Assembly: GCA_002269645.1 (NCBI GenBank)
Contig: NIVC01000163.1
Coordinates: 248,001-312,000 of the forward strand
Reading direction: 5' to 3'
Source of the DNA: Macrostomum lignano
Taxonomy: Eukaryota
DNA: 64,000 bases
Positions 1 to 13,299 of the stretch are shown piece after piece. The first letter of the stretch is position 1. The number at the start of each line of letters is the position of its first letter. Both the position numbers and the translations under genes were made by a program. The notes under the pieces were generated by a model. It saw nothing but the letters and a program-made list of their open reading frames with translations. It made no database searches and was not told where the DNA came from.

Positions 1-54
1 ATGTACTACTGATGCCAGGCTGAAAGTAGTAGTAGTAGCTGTGTATGATGCTGA

Positions 55-870
55 GGGATCTGGGAAGCTGGCCCAGCAATTTAGGATCTGGAAGGCTGGC
101 CCAGCAACTGAGGATCTGGAAAGCTGGCCCAGCAACTGAGGATCTGGAAAGCTGGCCCAGCAACTGAGGATCTGGAAAGCTGGCCCAGCAACTGAGGATC
201 TGGGAGGCTGGCCCAGCAACTGAGGATCTGGGAGGCTGGCCCAGCAACTGAGGATCTGGAAAGCTGGCCCAGCAACTGAGGATCTGGGAGGCTGGCCCAG
301 CAACTGAGGATCTGGGAAGCTGGCCCAGCAACTGAGGATCTGGGAGGCTGGCCCAGCAACTGAGGATCTGGGAGGCTGGCCCAGCAACTGAGTATCTGGG
401 AGGCTGGCCCAGCAACTGAGGATCTGGGAGGCTGGCTCAGCAATTGAGGATCTGGAAAGCTGGCCCAGCAACTGAGGATCTGGGAGGCTGGCTCAGCAAC
501 TGAGGATCTGGAAAGCTGGCCCAGCAACTGAGGATCTGGGAGGCTGGCTCAGCAACTTAGGATCTGGGAGGCTGGCCCAGCAACTGAGGATCTGGGAGGC
601 TGGCCCAGCAACTGAGGATCTGGGAGGCTGGCCCAGCAACTGAGGATCTGGGAGGCTGGCCCAGCAACTGAGGATCTGGGAGGCTGGCTCAGCAATTGAG
701 GATCTGGAAAGCTGGCCCAGCAACTGAGGATCTGGGAGGCTGGCCCAGCAACTGAGGATCTGGGAGGCTGGCCCAGCAGCTGAGGATCTGGGAGGCTGGC
801 TCAGCAACTTAGGATCTGGGAAGCTGGCCTAGCAACTGACACTATGGGAGGCTGGCCCAGCAACTGAGGA
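55..870. repeat. 28-bp minisatellite (AACTGAGGATCTGGGAGGCTGGCCCAGC)n
   Basis: Period 28 read directly (TGGCCCAGCA at 181 and 209). The same unit recurs at ~39580-39740. The minus-strand ORFs here are repeat artefacts. Confidence 0.95.
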
Positions 871-1461
871 TCAGGTAGTGTGCAAAGCAAGCAACAATGA
901 AAGCGAACTGAAGGTCAGACAATTGAAACACAAAAAGCTGCTCAGTTAACGCACCAGACCCCAGTGGAATCTCAGATCCATTCGATTTATTGTACTAAAC
1001 TGTTTAGAAAGCTTTTTCAGAATACAGAAAAGTCGAATATTGGACAACTGTAGTCTGTAAATATTGCCTCGAAATAGGAATCGAGTTTGAGGCATCAACA
1101 ATTCTGTCAGTAACTGTAGTTCGGTACTTATAGTAGTATTACTTCATATGTGTAAATGTTAAAACTGAAGTCAAGCTACAGTAATAATAAGCATAATACG
1201 CAAATATAATTAAACAATGTACATTAATAATTGACACGGCAGGTAGCTGCTAAGTAATAGTAATAGTTTTATGTCGCTCTAGTTTCTTTCTTCAAAATAA
1301 AATAACCACTTAGAAGCGCAGGTGAGAATTCATACACAATTCAACCCTAACCCCGTCGATGTTGCCTACAATTTAAATTTGGAAGTTGGAGAAAATAAAC
1401 CAAGACGGCCGAACATAAGACTCGAATATTTTCCCGAGTTTTCATCCCGTGTCCATATTGT

Positions 1462-2893
1462 TCACTTTTTCTTGCCTTTGCCAGTGGCTGCTGCCGGCCC
1501 AGGAGCGGCAGTCGGCTGCGACAGAGACTGGCCCTTCTCTTTGCCGCGCAATTTTATGCCAATCTGGCGTTCGATTTTGCCAAGCACCTGATTGTTGGGA
1601 ATGGCTTGGCCGTTCTCGTATTCGGCTATCACCTGGGGAGCGGGCGGAGCGATGGCGGCGCACTGATTAGCTAGGTGAGATTAGATACATAGTGGATAGA
1701 CTGGGATTAGAATCATAGTGGGGAGAGTGAGATTAGAAACATAGTAGATAGACTGGGATTAGAATCATAGTGGGGAGAGTGAGATTAGAAATATAGTGGA
1801 GAGAGTGAGATTAGATACATAGTGGATAGAGTGAGATTAGATACATAGTGGAGAGAGTGAGATTAGAAACATAGTGGATAGAGTGAGATTAGATACATAG
1901 TGGAGAGAGTGAGATTAGATACATTGTGGACAGAGTGAAATTAGATACATAGTGGACAGAGTGAGATTAGATACATAGTGCAGAGTGAGACTAGACTCGG
2001 GGAAACCGTGATATTAGAGACTCGGGAAACAGTGAGATTGGAGACTCGGGTAAACCGCGATATTAGAGACTCGGGAAACAGTGAGATTGGAGACTCGGGG
2101 AGATTAGATACATAGTGGAGAGAGTGAGATTAGATACATGGTTGAGAGACTGAGATTAGATGCATCATGGACAGAGTGAAATTACGATACCTAGTGCACA
2201 GAGTGAGACTAGAGACTCGGGTAAACCGCGATATTAGAGACTCGGGTAAACCGCGATATTAGAGACTCGGGAAACAGTGAGATTAGAGACTAGGGGAAAC
2301 CGTGAGATTAGAGACTCGGGAAAACAGTGAGATTAGAGACTCGGGAAAACAGTGAGATTAGAGACTCGGGGGAAATAGCGAGACTAGAGACTCGAGGAAC
2401 AGTAAGATTAGACTCGAGGAAACAGTGATAACAGACTTAGGAAACAGTGAGATTAGACTATGGAGTCAGTAACACTGGAAAAGAAGTGATATTAGAGACA
2501 TCACGTGAAACTAATAGTAAGATTAGATAAAGAAGATTAGACTAGAATAGATTATAGACACATCAAAGCAACAATTAAAGTCAGAGTTATATATGGGGTA
2601 TAGGCACAAACCTGCGGCTTCTCATTAATCCTTGTGGCTAAATCCTTCTGACTAAGCCCCTTTGCTTGGCGGCCCTGCTGAATAAGCTTGCCAACGTCCA
2701 TGCCAACCCTGTTGTGATGCAGATTCTCAGTCTCCTGGTCCAGCTTTCTAGCATCTTTGTCAATCTTGTGCTGTTTATTAGAGCCGGAATCAAACTTTCT
2801 GTTAGCCTCAATCTGGAGACCCTGGCGTTGGGCCGAGGACAACTGCTGGGTGGTCTTGAGGTGGACCACTCGTTGATCATCAGCCTCTGCCAT
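1462..2893 (-). CDS. EDF1: Multiprotein bridging factor 1 / EDF1, 150 aa, 2 exons (2893-2612, 1632-1462)
   Basis: Exon 1 reads MAEADD...[45 protein letters not shown], then a GT donor at 2611. The CAG acceptor at 1633 is followed by [31 protein letters not shown]...KKK*. Phase-0 join; matches the MBF1 HTH consensus. Confidence 0.95.
1675..2500. repeat. Compound ~24-26 bp minisatellite (GTGAGATTAGATACATAGTGGAGAGA grading into GTGAGATTAGAGACTCGGGAAACA) filling the MBF1 intron
   Basis: Direct reading of the repeats; both unit types share GTGAGATTAGA. Confidence 0.9.
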
Positions 2894-4023
2894 TTCTTGT
2901 TTAATTAGTGAGTGTCGACAGAAAACATGCAATCAAATGGCAAAACTGGATGGCTCACATTTTATTTAAGGTTAATTAACTGTCAATGCTAACTATGGTT
3001 ACTTCGGTTTATCTGGCCTTTTTCCCTGTTCAATCTGCGTTCTCTCCATCTTCTATTCTTAACAAGAGTTCCACCATAACCAAAATTTTCCCATATCCAT
3101 CTGCATCTGTAAGCTCTAATTAATTTCCTGTAACTACCCAACCCATAACTTTTAATTATGATGTTAAATCCAATGGCAACAGTTCTTCTATTATTCACTA
3201 TAGTACAAGCATATATAGCGATGAAATAGAATGATAACAATAGTTTCGACTGCTACTTATTAATATAACAGGTCTTATTTAACCATTGTATAAGAATGGC
3301 TAGAACTGCATTTATCTTAATTTTAGGCCTCACAACCCCAACAAACAATACAATGTGCATATGGTGTAGAAAATCTCTATTGCTTAAATCCCCAAACTTA
3401 GTGACTTAAGAGCTCCCCTTGCATTTATAGTGAAAACATTCATCTTAACTTTAGCCCCTATGATCTCATCTACACAATGTGCACATGGAGGCAAAGATTT
3501 TCTTGCTATTTGAGTCTCCAACCCTAGGGACTTAAGAGTTACTCTTACAATAGCTTTGAAGCTGGAGTCTTTCATTCATTTCTATTGTTCTACCCCCTCC
3601 CACCCATTACATTAAATTAAGGGCTCCAATGATCTTTTATAAGTATTCTAAGTCTCAGTTATTGTCATAATTACATGCACCATCCACTGTGCCCACAGCC
3701 CCACATGGAGATAGATACCCTTTTCCCCCTTGCCTATACCACTAGCATATTAAATTATTATTTTTTTCATTTGCACTAATTTTTGCTGCAACACAATACA
3801 ATAGTCAGGCATCCACCTGCACCAACAACAATAATTCCAACTGGTGATCTTTGACAACCAGCCAAACTTCATGATCTGGACTTTTTACACTAATAGCTTG
3901 TAAGAATTGTGCCAAACAAACATGCTTTACCATGCTAGCCAAGTACTGGCTGATACATTTGGATAACTGCAATACTTATACCACTCCAATGAGCCTATAG
4001 CACCATAGATAGAGTACTTTCTT

Positions 4024-4252
4024 GCTAGGTTTTTTTCGTCTATAACTTGGGTGTGATTTTGCACCCTGTGCTAGATTTCAGGGTGCGATTTTCAAGACCA
4101 GGATGCGCTGCACTGCTGCAGACAAAATTGTAAAATCCACATCACATCCTCGCAAAAAATTCTGATGCACTTTTTGCACCCTGAGTCAAATCTTAGGGTG
4201 TGATTTTTAAGACCAGGATGCTATTTGCACCCATTTGCACAAAAAACCTAGC
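4024..4252. mobile_element. Possible small MITE
   Basis: 12-bp inverted ends GCTAGGTTTTTT / AAAAAACCTAGC and an internal direct repeat (TTGCACCCTG...AGGGTG.GATTTT.AAGACCAGGATGC). No clear TSD. Confidence 0.4.
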
Positions 4253-5281
4253 TTTGTTGGAGCTGCAAGACCTGTTAGCATAATGGTATATTCGCTTTTT
4301 GCTAGTAGTCATCTTCAATTGACCCAATTGATTGACATTGCCAGTTAGTCCAAGAGTAGAAAGATAGCTGCTACCTAGCTTAAGTGCCAGATTAGAAGCA
4401 ATAAGACTGATTAGCTAGTATAATTTACTCTGTGATGTCACAATCACAACCTAATACATAATTGATCATCCAATCAAAATTAGTTGACAAAGGTACAAGG
4501 TAGAAATTGATGAGTCAATTTTTTTCTACACAAATCAGTTAAGTGAAAAAAACCAAGAGTTCTTTCAATATAGTATATAAGATATTGCAAGATAAATGAG
4601 ATAACTCATGTTCCTAGGGGGAACAATAGGCTTTTTAAGTGTCAAAACCCTTTTATTTATGCAAGAAGATTACTGTGAAGCTATCTTTTAAGTGCAGCAA
4701 AGTGTGTCCGATGTGAAAATCAGTGCACAATTCTGTGAATTCAGTGAAGATCAACAAAATGATGATGTTTATAAATATACTAATCATCAGTGTAAAGACA
4801 CAACTTTGGTAAAAAAATCTATCAACAAATCTAATTTTTTTGCAAATGCAAAAATATACTTTGTTTATATATGCCAAGAGTGTATAATTGATTTCATCAA
4901 GGATGACTAAAACATGCCCCCCAAATCCAAGAATGACCAAAAACATATTGAATCAAGGAACTTTCAATGGTTCAATAAAATGGAAGCCTATAATAAATAC
5001 ATTAGAACAAAACATGGCTAGGCATATACTAAATTAAAAAAGCAATAGAACCTGGTGTCAAATCCAATAAAAATGTGTTCAACTCTAGTAAGTCAAAGAT
5101 TGTGGAAAAGCCTATATTGATGAACAGAAAAAATCTAACTACATTGAGAGTTTTATTAAGTCAAAGTGCACTAGAATTTGATCTTTTTTAAAGTTTGCCA
5201 AGGAAAAGACAAATTTAAAAAGACCTATATAAACTTTGGTCTAGACAAAAGGCACCAAAAAGCCTATCTTATATCTATTTT

Positions 5282-6560
5282 CAGTGTTGGGCAAGTTACT
5301 CAAAAAAAGTAACTTGCGTTACTGTAACTTAAGTTACCACTTTTTAAAAAGTAACTTACGTTAGCCTAGTAACTTTGAACAAAAACCCGGTAACTTTTAA
5401 GTTACTTCCGTTACTTACTTCCGTTACCTATGTTATTAACAAAATTTTCTGCTTTTTTAACATTGCAAATGTGATGGAACAGCACAAATGATCGCGAAAG
5501 CCAGGAGGAAGAGTACAACAACATTAATTTCAGTAACTGTATTAAATTTTAATCACTTTAGGCCCTTTCCGTAAAAAGAAGAGAAGCTGAAGGTCAGAAA
5601 CGTTAAAGGCAAAACGCAATTTAATTTTTAATAACATTATAAGTTATAATACACAAGGACAACTTAACGTAACTTCAGTTGTCCTTGATAATACATCACT
5701 CGTAATAAGTACCTGGCTTTATACTCCACTCTACAGTCTGCTTTACTAGTCTTTTTATTTATTTTCAATTATTATCATTAATATTAAATTATTGTGCAGT
5801 GCAGTGCAGTGCCAGTGGACTTTAGTGGTGTAGCCAGGGAGGCCGCCTTAACAATCGTTGGGGCGGCAACTTCACCCCACCTGCAAGACACCCCACCTGG
5901 GGGGTGGGGTTGGGCGTGGCGGGTACCAAAAACCATGAGGCGATTGAGTGCCTGCGGCGCTTAAATGAGTGCCTGCGGCGCTTAAATGAGTGCCTGCGGC
6001 GCTTAAATGAGTGCTTGCGGCGCTAAAATGAGTGCCTGCGGCGCTAAAAGTGGCAATGGCATGAGGCATGGCCAGCCAGGCCAACCCGCCCCCCCCAATT
6101 AAAATTCCTGCATGGCTACGTCGATCACTGAGTGGATTTGTGGAGACTACAGATGAATTTCTTTCTTTGGTTGTTTGTTTCTAAGAACTAAACAAAATAT
6201 TTTTATTAACTTAAAAACGAAAAGCAAAAATATTTTACCGAAAATAACAAAGTAAAAACATGTTTCAAGTATTTCTTTATTAATTACAGCGTAATACCGT
6301 ATGATATTATTCACTTAGTTTTGAATTTAGGAATGAAAAATGCTAAAAATGTGACAACTGGCGTAATAGCTAAGCATATCAGTTTTAAATTTAAATATTG
6401 CGATTGTTGCAAAGTAACTGTAACGGACTTCCGAAATTTGAGTAACTTACCGTTACTCCGTTACCAAAATAGGAAAGTAACTTGCGTAAGGAACGCTTTA
6501 CGAAAAAGTAACTTGCGTTACCATTTACAAGTTACTCGGTAACGGAAGTGCCCAACACTG
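5282..6560. mobile_element. Non-autonomous hAT-type DNA transposon
   Basis: TIR CAGTGTTGGGCA / TGCCCAACACTG; perfect 8-bp TSD TCTATTTT at 5274-5281 and 6561-6568; many subterminal GTAAC/GTTAC motifs. Confidence 0.9.
5822..6130. mobile_element. Small hAT-like MITE nested inside the 5282-6560 element, with an internal 21-bp repeat (GAGTGCCTGCGGCGCTTAAAT)x5
   Basis: Imperfect ends TAGTGGTGTAGCCAGG ... CCTGCATGGCTACG..CACTG; 7/8 TSD AGTGGACT / AGTGGATT. Confidence 0.55.
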
Positions 6561-7692
6561 TCTATTTTCATAATGCCAAAATTTTATTGATTCAATAGAA
6601 AACAAATAAAATTTAGTATAGGCCCTAGGCCTATCAAATTCAAAATAGAACTTAAGATTTCAAAATAATATGCAAAAATGCACCTAGAGCTAATGCAACA
6701 TCTAAGAAAAGCAAATAAAATTTTACTATGGAACATTTTGCATTAGACACTTTGCTTGCAGTTCACTTCTTAGCAAATGGGGTTAGATCAGTGTTATTAT
6801 TTTAGCCATTAGGCCTAATTTAATGAGTTTTTATGAGATTGACATTATATAGCTGAGTTGCTAGAAAGGTACAATAGGTTAATATTAGAGTTCATATACA
6901 TGCATTTCTATAGTTTATCAATGTTATCAATGTTATCAATGTTATCAATGCTAAAATATTTTTTGCATAGGGCCTATTAAATGTTATATATAATTTATAT
7001 TTTTATATTATATAAATCTTTATTACATTTTTATTGTTGCTTTGGATAATACAATATATAAATATACCAACCTTTTCCTAAGGCCTACAATCAATATATT
7101 ATCTTAGCAATTAGTAGGCCTATATTATTAAGGACAAGCAAGCAATCAAGCAAGCATACAAACCTTAGAGATTTTATATATTTGGATTGTAGCAATTAAT
7201 GCTTCCTCTTGATAGCTAATTATTGACCTCTATTTATAGCTAATGCTTCTTCTTAACTAACTATTGACCCCTACTTATAAAAATTATAATGGCTAGGCCC
7301 CTATAATTAATTTAGGCATATAAATATAATCCAAACAATTGAATTAGGCCTATAATGCTTCATTTTAACAGCTAACATAGGGGTCTACTAACTATTGATC
7401 TTAAATAACAGGTAGGCCTAGCCTATGAGGTAATAATAATATAATATCCCAATAATGAATGCTTTAAAGTTTGTTTATCTTGACAAATAGGCCTATTGAT
7501 CTATACCTATAATTAGGCCTAAATGCCTAATGGCATGCATCATCCTGATAGATATTTTGTTGGCATAGTTCTATTTTACTTTGCGATATTATTTTTATAG
7601 GCCCCCCCCCTATTTTTTGCATTTACATAGCATATTCTGCATCTGTACCTGAAGTTCCCAAACCACAACCCTTTCATTTTAATCTGAACAAT

Positions 7693-10600
7693 GGGGGGGG
7701 TTTCACAAACTCGAAATTTCACAACGTCGAAAGCACCCTCCTTCATAAGGTCGAAATTTCACAAGGTCGAAATTTCACAACATCGAAAACTCGAAAAGCA
7801 GCCACTTTCATAAGGTCAAAATTTCACAAGCTCGAAATTTCACAACATCGAAAACTTTAGCAAGAGACTTCATAAGGTCGAAATTTCACAAGGTCGAAAT
7901 TTCATAACATCGAAACTCAAATAGCAGCCACTTTCATAAGGTCGAAATTTCACAACATCGAAAACTTTAGCAAGAGACTTCATAAGGTCGAAATTTCACA
8001 ACATCGAAAACTTTAGCAAGAGACTTCATAAGGTCGAAATTTCACAACATCGAAAACTTTAGCAAGAGACTTCATAAGGTCGAAATTTCACAACATCGAA
8101 ACTCAAATAGCAGCCGCTTTCATAAGATCGAAATTTTACAATATAAAAACTGAGAATTTAGCAGCCTTAAGTATGACAAGGTCAAAATTTTACAATGTTG
8201 AAAACTAAGGTTTTTATTGTGTCAATGAATATATTATTATTTTTTGTTTTAATAGCTTTGGTTCAACTACGTTTTTAATCACCACTTCTTTAAGTAGTTC
8301 AACGTCAAGGGGCCTTTTCATATTGCTTGTTCTGGTTCCAGAACCAGAACCAATTTGTAAAGTATAACTTTTTGTCTCCATAACTAGAGGGAGATACGTG
8401 CTATAAAGTTTTTATTATTGAATGACAATCGCCAAGAAGAAAGTGAAAAATTGTGCTAAGTGAGTTTGTTAAGGCAGTCAAACATTCAACGGAATTAAAT
8501 AAGTTATACTGCTGTTTTTCTTGGAAGATCCGAACCGATTCTGATTCTGGAATTGGTAATATCAAAAGCCTCCTAAGGAGTGACTGAGCTCTGCAATTGT
8601 CTTATGACTACTGGGACGATGGGTTAGTTTACATAAGTAAGTTTAGCTATATAGTTGGGAAGCATTTTGGAATTAGAAGCAGTAAAAAGCACCTTAAATT
8701 TGGTATCAATTATATTAAATTAGGTACAATTAGACAGTTATACAGTATATATTAATCGATAGACAGGCTGTAATAATCATTTTGGCTAAAAAACTTACTT
8801 ATTTGTCTATATACCTAACAGTGTCTTACTGAGGTCTTTGCTTTAATGGTTGCCTTCAGTTGATTGAAAATATAACACATGCCAAAATATAATTTTCTCT
8901 TGTTTTTGAAGTTTCTGGATATTGTGCTGATTTTCGTCTTAAGTCTTCATTGATTGAACCCTAAACTTTTAATTATATTATATAAAAATACATGCAAGAA
9001 AACGCATGCTATATACATGTACACTCAGCAACAGTCAAAACCGCCACCCTACCGAGAGAGGCGACTTCTCTCTCACCTCAACTGCAAGTGACGTAACTTG
9101 CGCCACGGCGTGGCTAAAGCTGGGTGAGAGTGAATTCCAGGGTGAGAGTACAAAAGGGGCTGGGGTTGGGGGTGCAATAGTACACGTGACAATGGTCAGG
9201 CATATGACAGACTCTGAACGATGGCGCGCTGTTGGCAGGATAGTCCCAAGATACTGGTAGTGTTCAGCACGCAGCCATAGGCAGCCAGCGCCATGATCTC
9301 CGCGGCTCAACAGCCAGGGCAAATCGACGTCTGCTACGGATTGTCAGGCGAACTCCGACCGCGCCAGCCACCCTGCTCCGTCTAATGTGGGGTGAAAGAA
9401 GCAGATGGGGCATCTCCTGATTGCCCTCTCCTGCATTCACTCTCACCCAGCTTTAGCCACGCCGTGGCGCAAGTTACGTCACTTGCAGTTGAGGTGAGAG
9501 GTAGGGTGGCGGTTTTGACTGTTGCTGAGTGTACATGTTTTTACTACAGCTAGGATATTGTACGAGCGTAATACGGCGAGTTGTTTGTAGTTTTTTACAT
9601 AACAGGGGGGGGGGGTTTCAAACCTCCGGCCGGGCGTGGGTTTACAAACTCCAACTTTCACTACACTGCCAAACTTGATAGCAAACGCACTTAAGCGACT
9701 TGCGACTTTGTGAGGTACGCTGTACGCACCCCACACGCACGGGTGTATAGCTAAAAGCTGCACAGCTGAGCAGCTCCTACATAGTACATGGAACAAACCA
9801 CCTTACTTTCTCTTACTTATTAAGCGAATACAGATACAAAACGTATATTGTGTCAACAGTAAGTCAAGCGATTAAATTCCCTGCCGGTCAAATCCAAATT
9901 AAAGTCGGAAACCCAAATTTAAAGTTATCGATATTTGTATTTTATATATAGACTTGAAAGAATTTCTGATTTACATTTCCAGTATTGGAGAGGAGGCTAA
10001 CATGCTTCAAAGTATCAATAGCTTGGAGTTGTATTTCAATTTCGTAACGTATTTGAAATACTTGCTATAGTAGAGACACTGTTTATGAGAAAACAGCACT
10101 ACTTTTGTCATAGGGAGTTTCGATGTGAAATTTCGACCTTATGAAAGTGGCTGCTATTTGAGTTTCGATGTTGTGAAATTTCGACCTTATGAAAGTGGCT
10201 GCTATTTGAGTTTCGATGTTGTGAAATTTCGACCTTATGAAAGTGGCTGCTATTTGAGTTTCGATGTTGTGAAATTTCGACCTTGTGAAAGTGGCTGCTA
10301 TTTGAGTTTCGATGTTGTGAAATTTCGACCTTATGAAAGTGGCTGCTATTTGAGTTTCGATGTTGTGAAATTTCGATCTTATGAAGTTTTCTGCTAGAGT
10401 TTTCGATGTTGTGAAATTTCGACCTTGTGAAATTTCGACCTTATGAAAGTGGCTGCTATTTGAGTTTCGATGTTATGAAATTTCGACCTTATGAAAGTGG
10501 CTGCTATTTGAGTTTCGATGTTGTGAAATTTCGACCTTATGAAAGTGGCTGCTATTTGAGTTTCGATGTTGTGAAATTTCGACCTTGTGAAATTTCGATC

Positions 10601-10909
10601 TTATGAAGTTTTCTGCTAGAGTTTTCGATGTTGTGAAATTTCGACCTTGTGAAATTTCGACCTTATGAAAGTGGCTGCTTTTCGAGTTTCGATGTTATGA
10701 AATTTCGACCTTGTGAAATTTCGACCTTATGAAAGTGGCTGCTTTTCGAGTTTTCGATGTTGTGAAATTTCGACCTTGTGAAATTTCGACCTTATGAAGT
10801 CTTCTACTAGAGTTTTCGATGTTGTGAAATTTCGACCTTGTGAAATTTCGACCTTGTGCAATAATTTGCTTTTCGACGTTGTGAAATTTCGACCTTGTGA
10901 AAGCACCCC
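7693..10909. mobile_element. Foldback-type (Mutator-like) element with long inverted subterminal arrays (7693-~8190 and ~10124-10909)
   Basis: Left end GGGG..TTTCACAA..TCGAAATTTCACAACGTCGAAAG is the inverse of right end CTTTTCGACGTTGTGAAATTTCGACCTTGTGAAAGCACCCC; arrays of TCGAAATTTCACAAC/ACTTTCATAAGG. No matching TSD found. Confidence 0.7.
9022..9531. mobile_element. Tc1/mariner-type MITE nested in the foldback element
   Basis: TA on both flanks; ~110-bp TIRs beginning CACTCAGCAACAGTCAAAACCGCCACCCTACC; non-coding interior. Confidence 0.9.
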
Positions 10910-11053
10910 GCCAAGAGGCGCCTGCGTGCAATGCACGGTACAAGCGATGCACTCTTCAAGGGTCATCTCGAAGAGTATATCTGGCGCCGCCTGTACCCGA
11001 ACAATGCATTTGGCGCCGTGCTTTACTGGGCTTCTGTGTATTACCCTGTTTAA
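10910..11053 (+). pseudogene. C-terminal fragment of a Merlin/IS1595 (ISXO2-like) transposase
   Basis: Translation AKRRLRAMHGTSDALFKGHLEEYIWRRLYPNNAFGAVLYWASVYYPV* matches the Merlin C-terminus (KR.L...HG.S......L.EF.WRR...YP). Not shown in the ORF track. Confidence 0.75.
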
Positions 11054-11346
11054 GTGGTCACCGATCACTTCGGCGACAGGTCACTTCGGCGACAGTCACT
11101 TCGGCGACAAGTCATTTCGGCGACAGTCATTTCGGCGACACATTTGGATCACTTCGGCGACAGACATGTATATTGAATAAGCAGTGATAGGGCCCTACCC
11201 TGGTAGCGCTTAAAATAAAAAAGCAATTGCAGTTAAAAACGAATGCAAGAATAACAAATTTATAGCACCAAGTTTTTTTACGCATTATAATAGAAAGCAT
11301 TGCAAATATCCCCTTCTCCCCTCTATATATATATCTCTCTCACTCG

Positions 11347-11378
<32 letters not shown>

Positions 11379-12027
11379 TTTTCTCTCTTTCTCTCCCCCG
11401 CTCCCCTCTCTCTCATAGCACAGTGCTAATCCTAGTAATAATATATCGCTTACGTGTATATATAATATCGCTGTACTGTACTCGTATATTCAATAATGCG
11501 CCTCCATGTGTGCATAGTCGTTTTTAATAGCACATCTCTCATCGGATTCATACATTCATTTTAAAATGCAATGCATAGCTCAGCCTACCCACACGTTATC
11601 ACCTCGCTCTATCTCTTTCACACCTCGAGCACGCTGTGCTCACACACACATACTGGTATGTACTGGCCTGTGTTTATTAGGGCCTAGTGGTCATATTCGC
11701 GCGATCTCCCACTGCTTGGGATTACACCCAGAATTTATAAATACGACAATACATTAGTTATATATTGTAATGCAGGTTAACTTGCAAATCTGGGTATTAG
11801 TAGAATGGGAAAAGGCCATCCTCGGAATACATAAATACTAGTACGAGCTGCCTACATGGTACATGTAACTTTAACTGCGCTGCGATTTGACAACTTTTTA
11901 TTAGTAACAGCTGCAGTAAATCAGAATAATAGACTCTAACAGCTAGTAGTTGCTTAAGTGTATAAAAAACACATACCATCTAAAGAGGATCAATACTTAT
12001 AATTTGTACTCGTATCTTAATTCGACA

Positions 12028-12163
12028 ATGCAAAGCGACACCCATAACTGCCCCGTTTGTTTTGAGCTTGTCTCCGTTCGACATCATGCTCTGCAATGCG
12101 ACGCGTGCGACCATTGGTATCATCGGAAGTGTAACACAGGTGAGCGAAGTACATCTCTCTCTC

Positions 12164-12225
<62 letters not shown>

Positions 12226-12625
12226 TCTCCCTCTCTCTCCCCCTCACATACGCGCTTATGGAAACATTTTCTAATTTTTTCAGAGCACGTGGATACAGAG
12301 CACAATGTATTCGCCACGAGAGATCTCTGTCTACAAAAAAGCCACTCGAACTAACAACGACGTTGAGGGCTTTCACAACCGCTTGAACAGTCGGGCTCAA
12401 CGCGGTCAGCTCCAGTTCTACCTCCTGGTCAAGCTGCTGCACGACGAGGGCCGCGTGGTCTCTATCGACTCACGGTTGGTGTCTCAAGGTGCTCTGAGGC
12501 GGTTGCAGCGACGGAAGTACCGCCAGCGACAATCCAAATACTTTAAACTTTGGTCGGAATTTCAAGCTGGAGACCGATCGATTCAGTCACTTCTGGAGGC
12601 TTGCAGCAAGCTGAATGGACCGTAA
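12028..12625 (+). pseudogene. PHD-finger exon (12028-12139) plus C-terminal MULE transposase remnant (12284-12625)
   Basis: CPVC...LQCDACDHWYHRKC is PHD-like; TWIQ..YS...RTNNDVEGFHNRLN matches the MULE RTNN.xEG.H motif. The two parts are out of phase across a (CT)n tract, so the catalytic middle is deleted. Confidence 0.75.
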
Positions 12626-13299
12626 GCTGTCTATGGTGCATCTGAATATAATGCTTAACTTCTGTAACGCTAAGACTTCTTTGCGTGCTACATGTAATAT
12701 CTTTGCTTTTAATGCATGTTTATTTCTCTTCCTCTTTCTTTATATCTGCAATGGAGTGACACAGTGTATGTGCCTGTACATTTACTTGCTTGTGTATGCC
12801 AAATAAAAATTTATTACAATACTTCCAGTACTATATAAAGCAAATCAATTCATTTGGTATTTTATCTTAATGGGCGAATATCAATCAAGAAAAACGTGAT
12901 ATCAATGGGCCTTTTCATTCATATTGCTTGTTCTGGTTCCAGAACCAGAACCAATTTGTGAAGTATAACTTTTTGTCTCCATAACTATAGAGGGAGATAC
13001 GTGCTATAAATTAAGTTTTTATTATTGAATGACAATCGCCAAAAAGAAAGTGAAAAATTGTGCTACATGTAAGTGAGGTTGTTAAGACAGTCAAACATTC
13101 AACAGAGTTAAATAGTTATACTACCGTTTTTCTTGGAAGATCCGAACCGATTTGTGATTCTGGAATTGGTAATATGAAAAGCCTTAATCTAATTCAATTA
13201 TCATAACGAAATGCTGAAGACTTGTGTTGCTTTTTTAATAAATCCGGATAAATCACACTTTAATCGTGAAGTTTCATTGGCAAAAAATACATGTATTAT

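Noticed and set aside
81-807. Long minus-strand ORFs in the 28-bp array (likewise the ORFs at 32731-34740, 37789-38484, 39740-40446, 46899-47918)
   Set aside because: They are translations of tandem repeats lying in introns or intergenic DNA; the true exons are identified by splice phase.
3000-4000. Possible Harbinger transposase relic (minus-strand GAVGTVDGA at ~3670-3700)
   Set aside because: Only one short motif in stop-riddled sequence; no TIR or second motif found.
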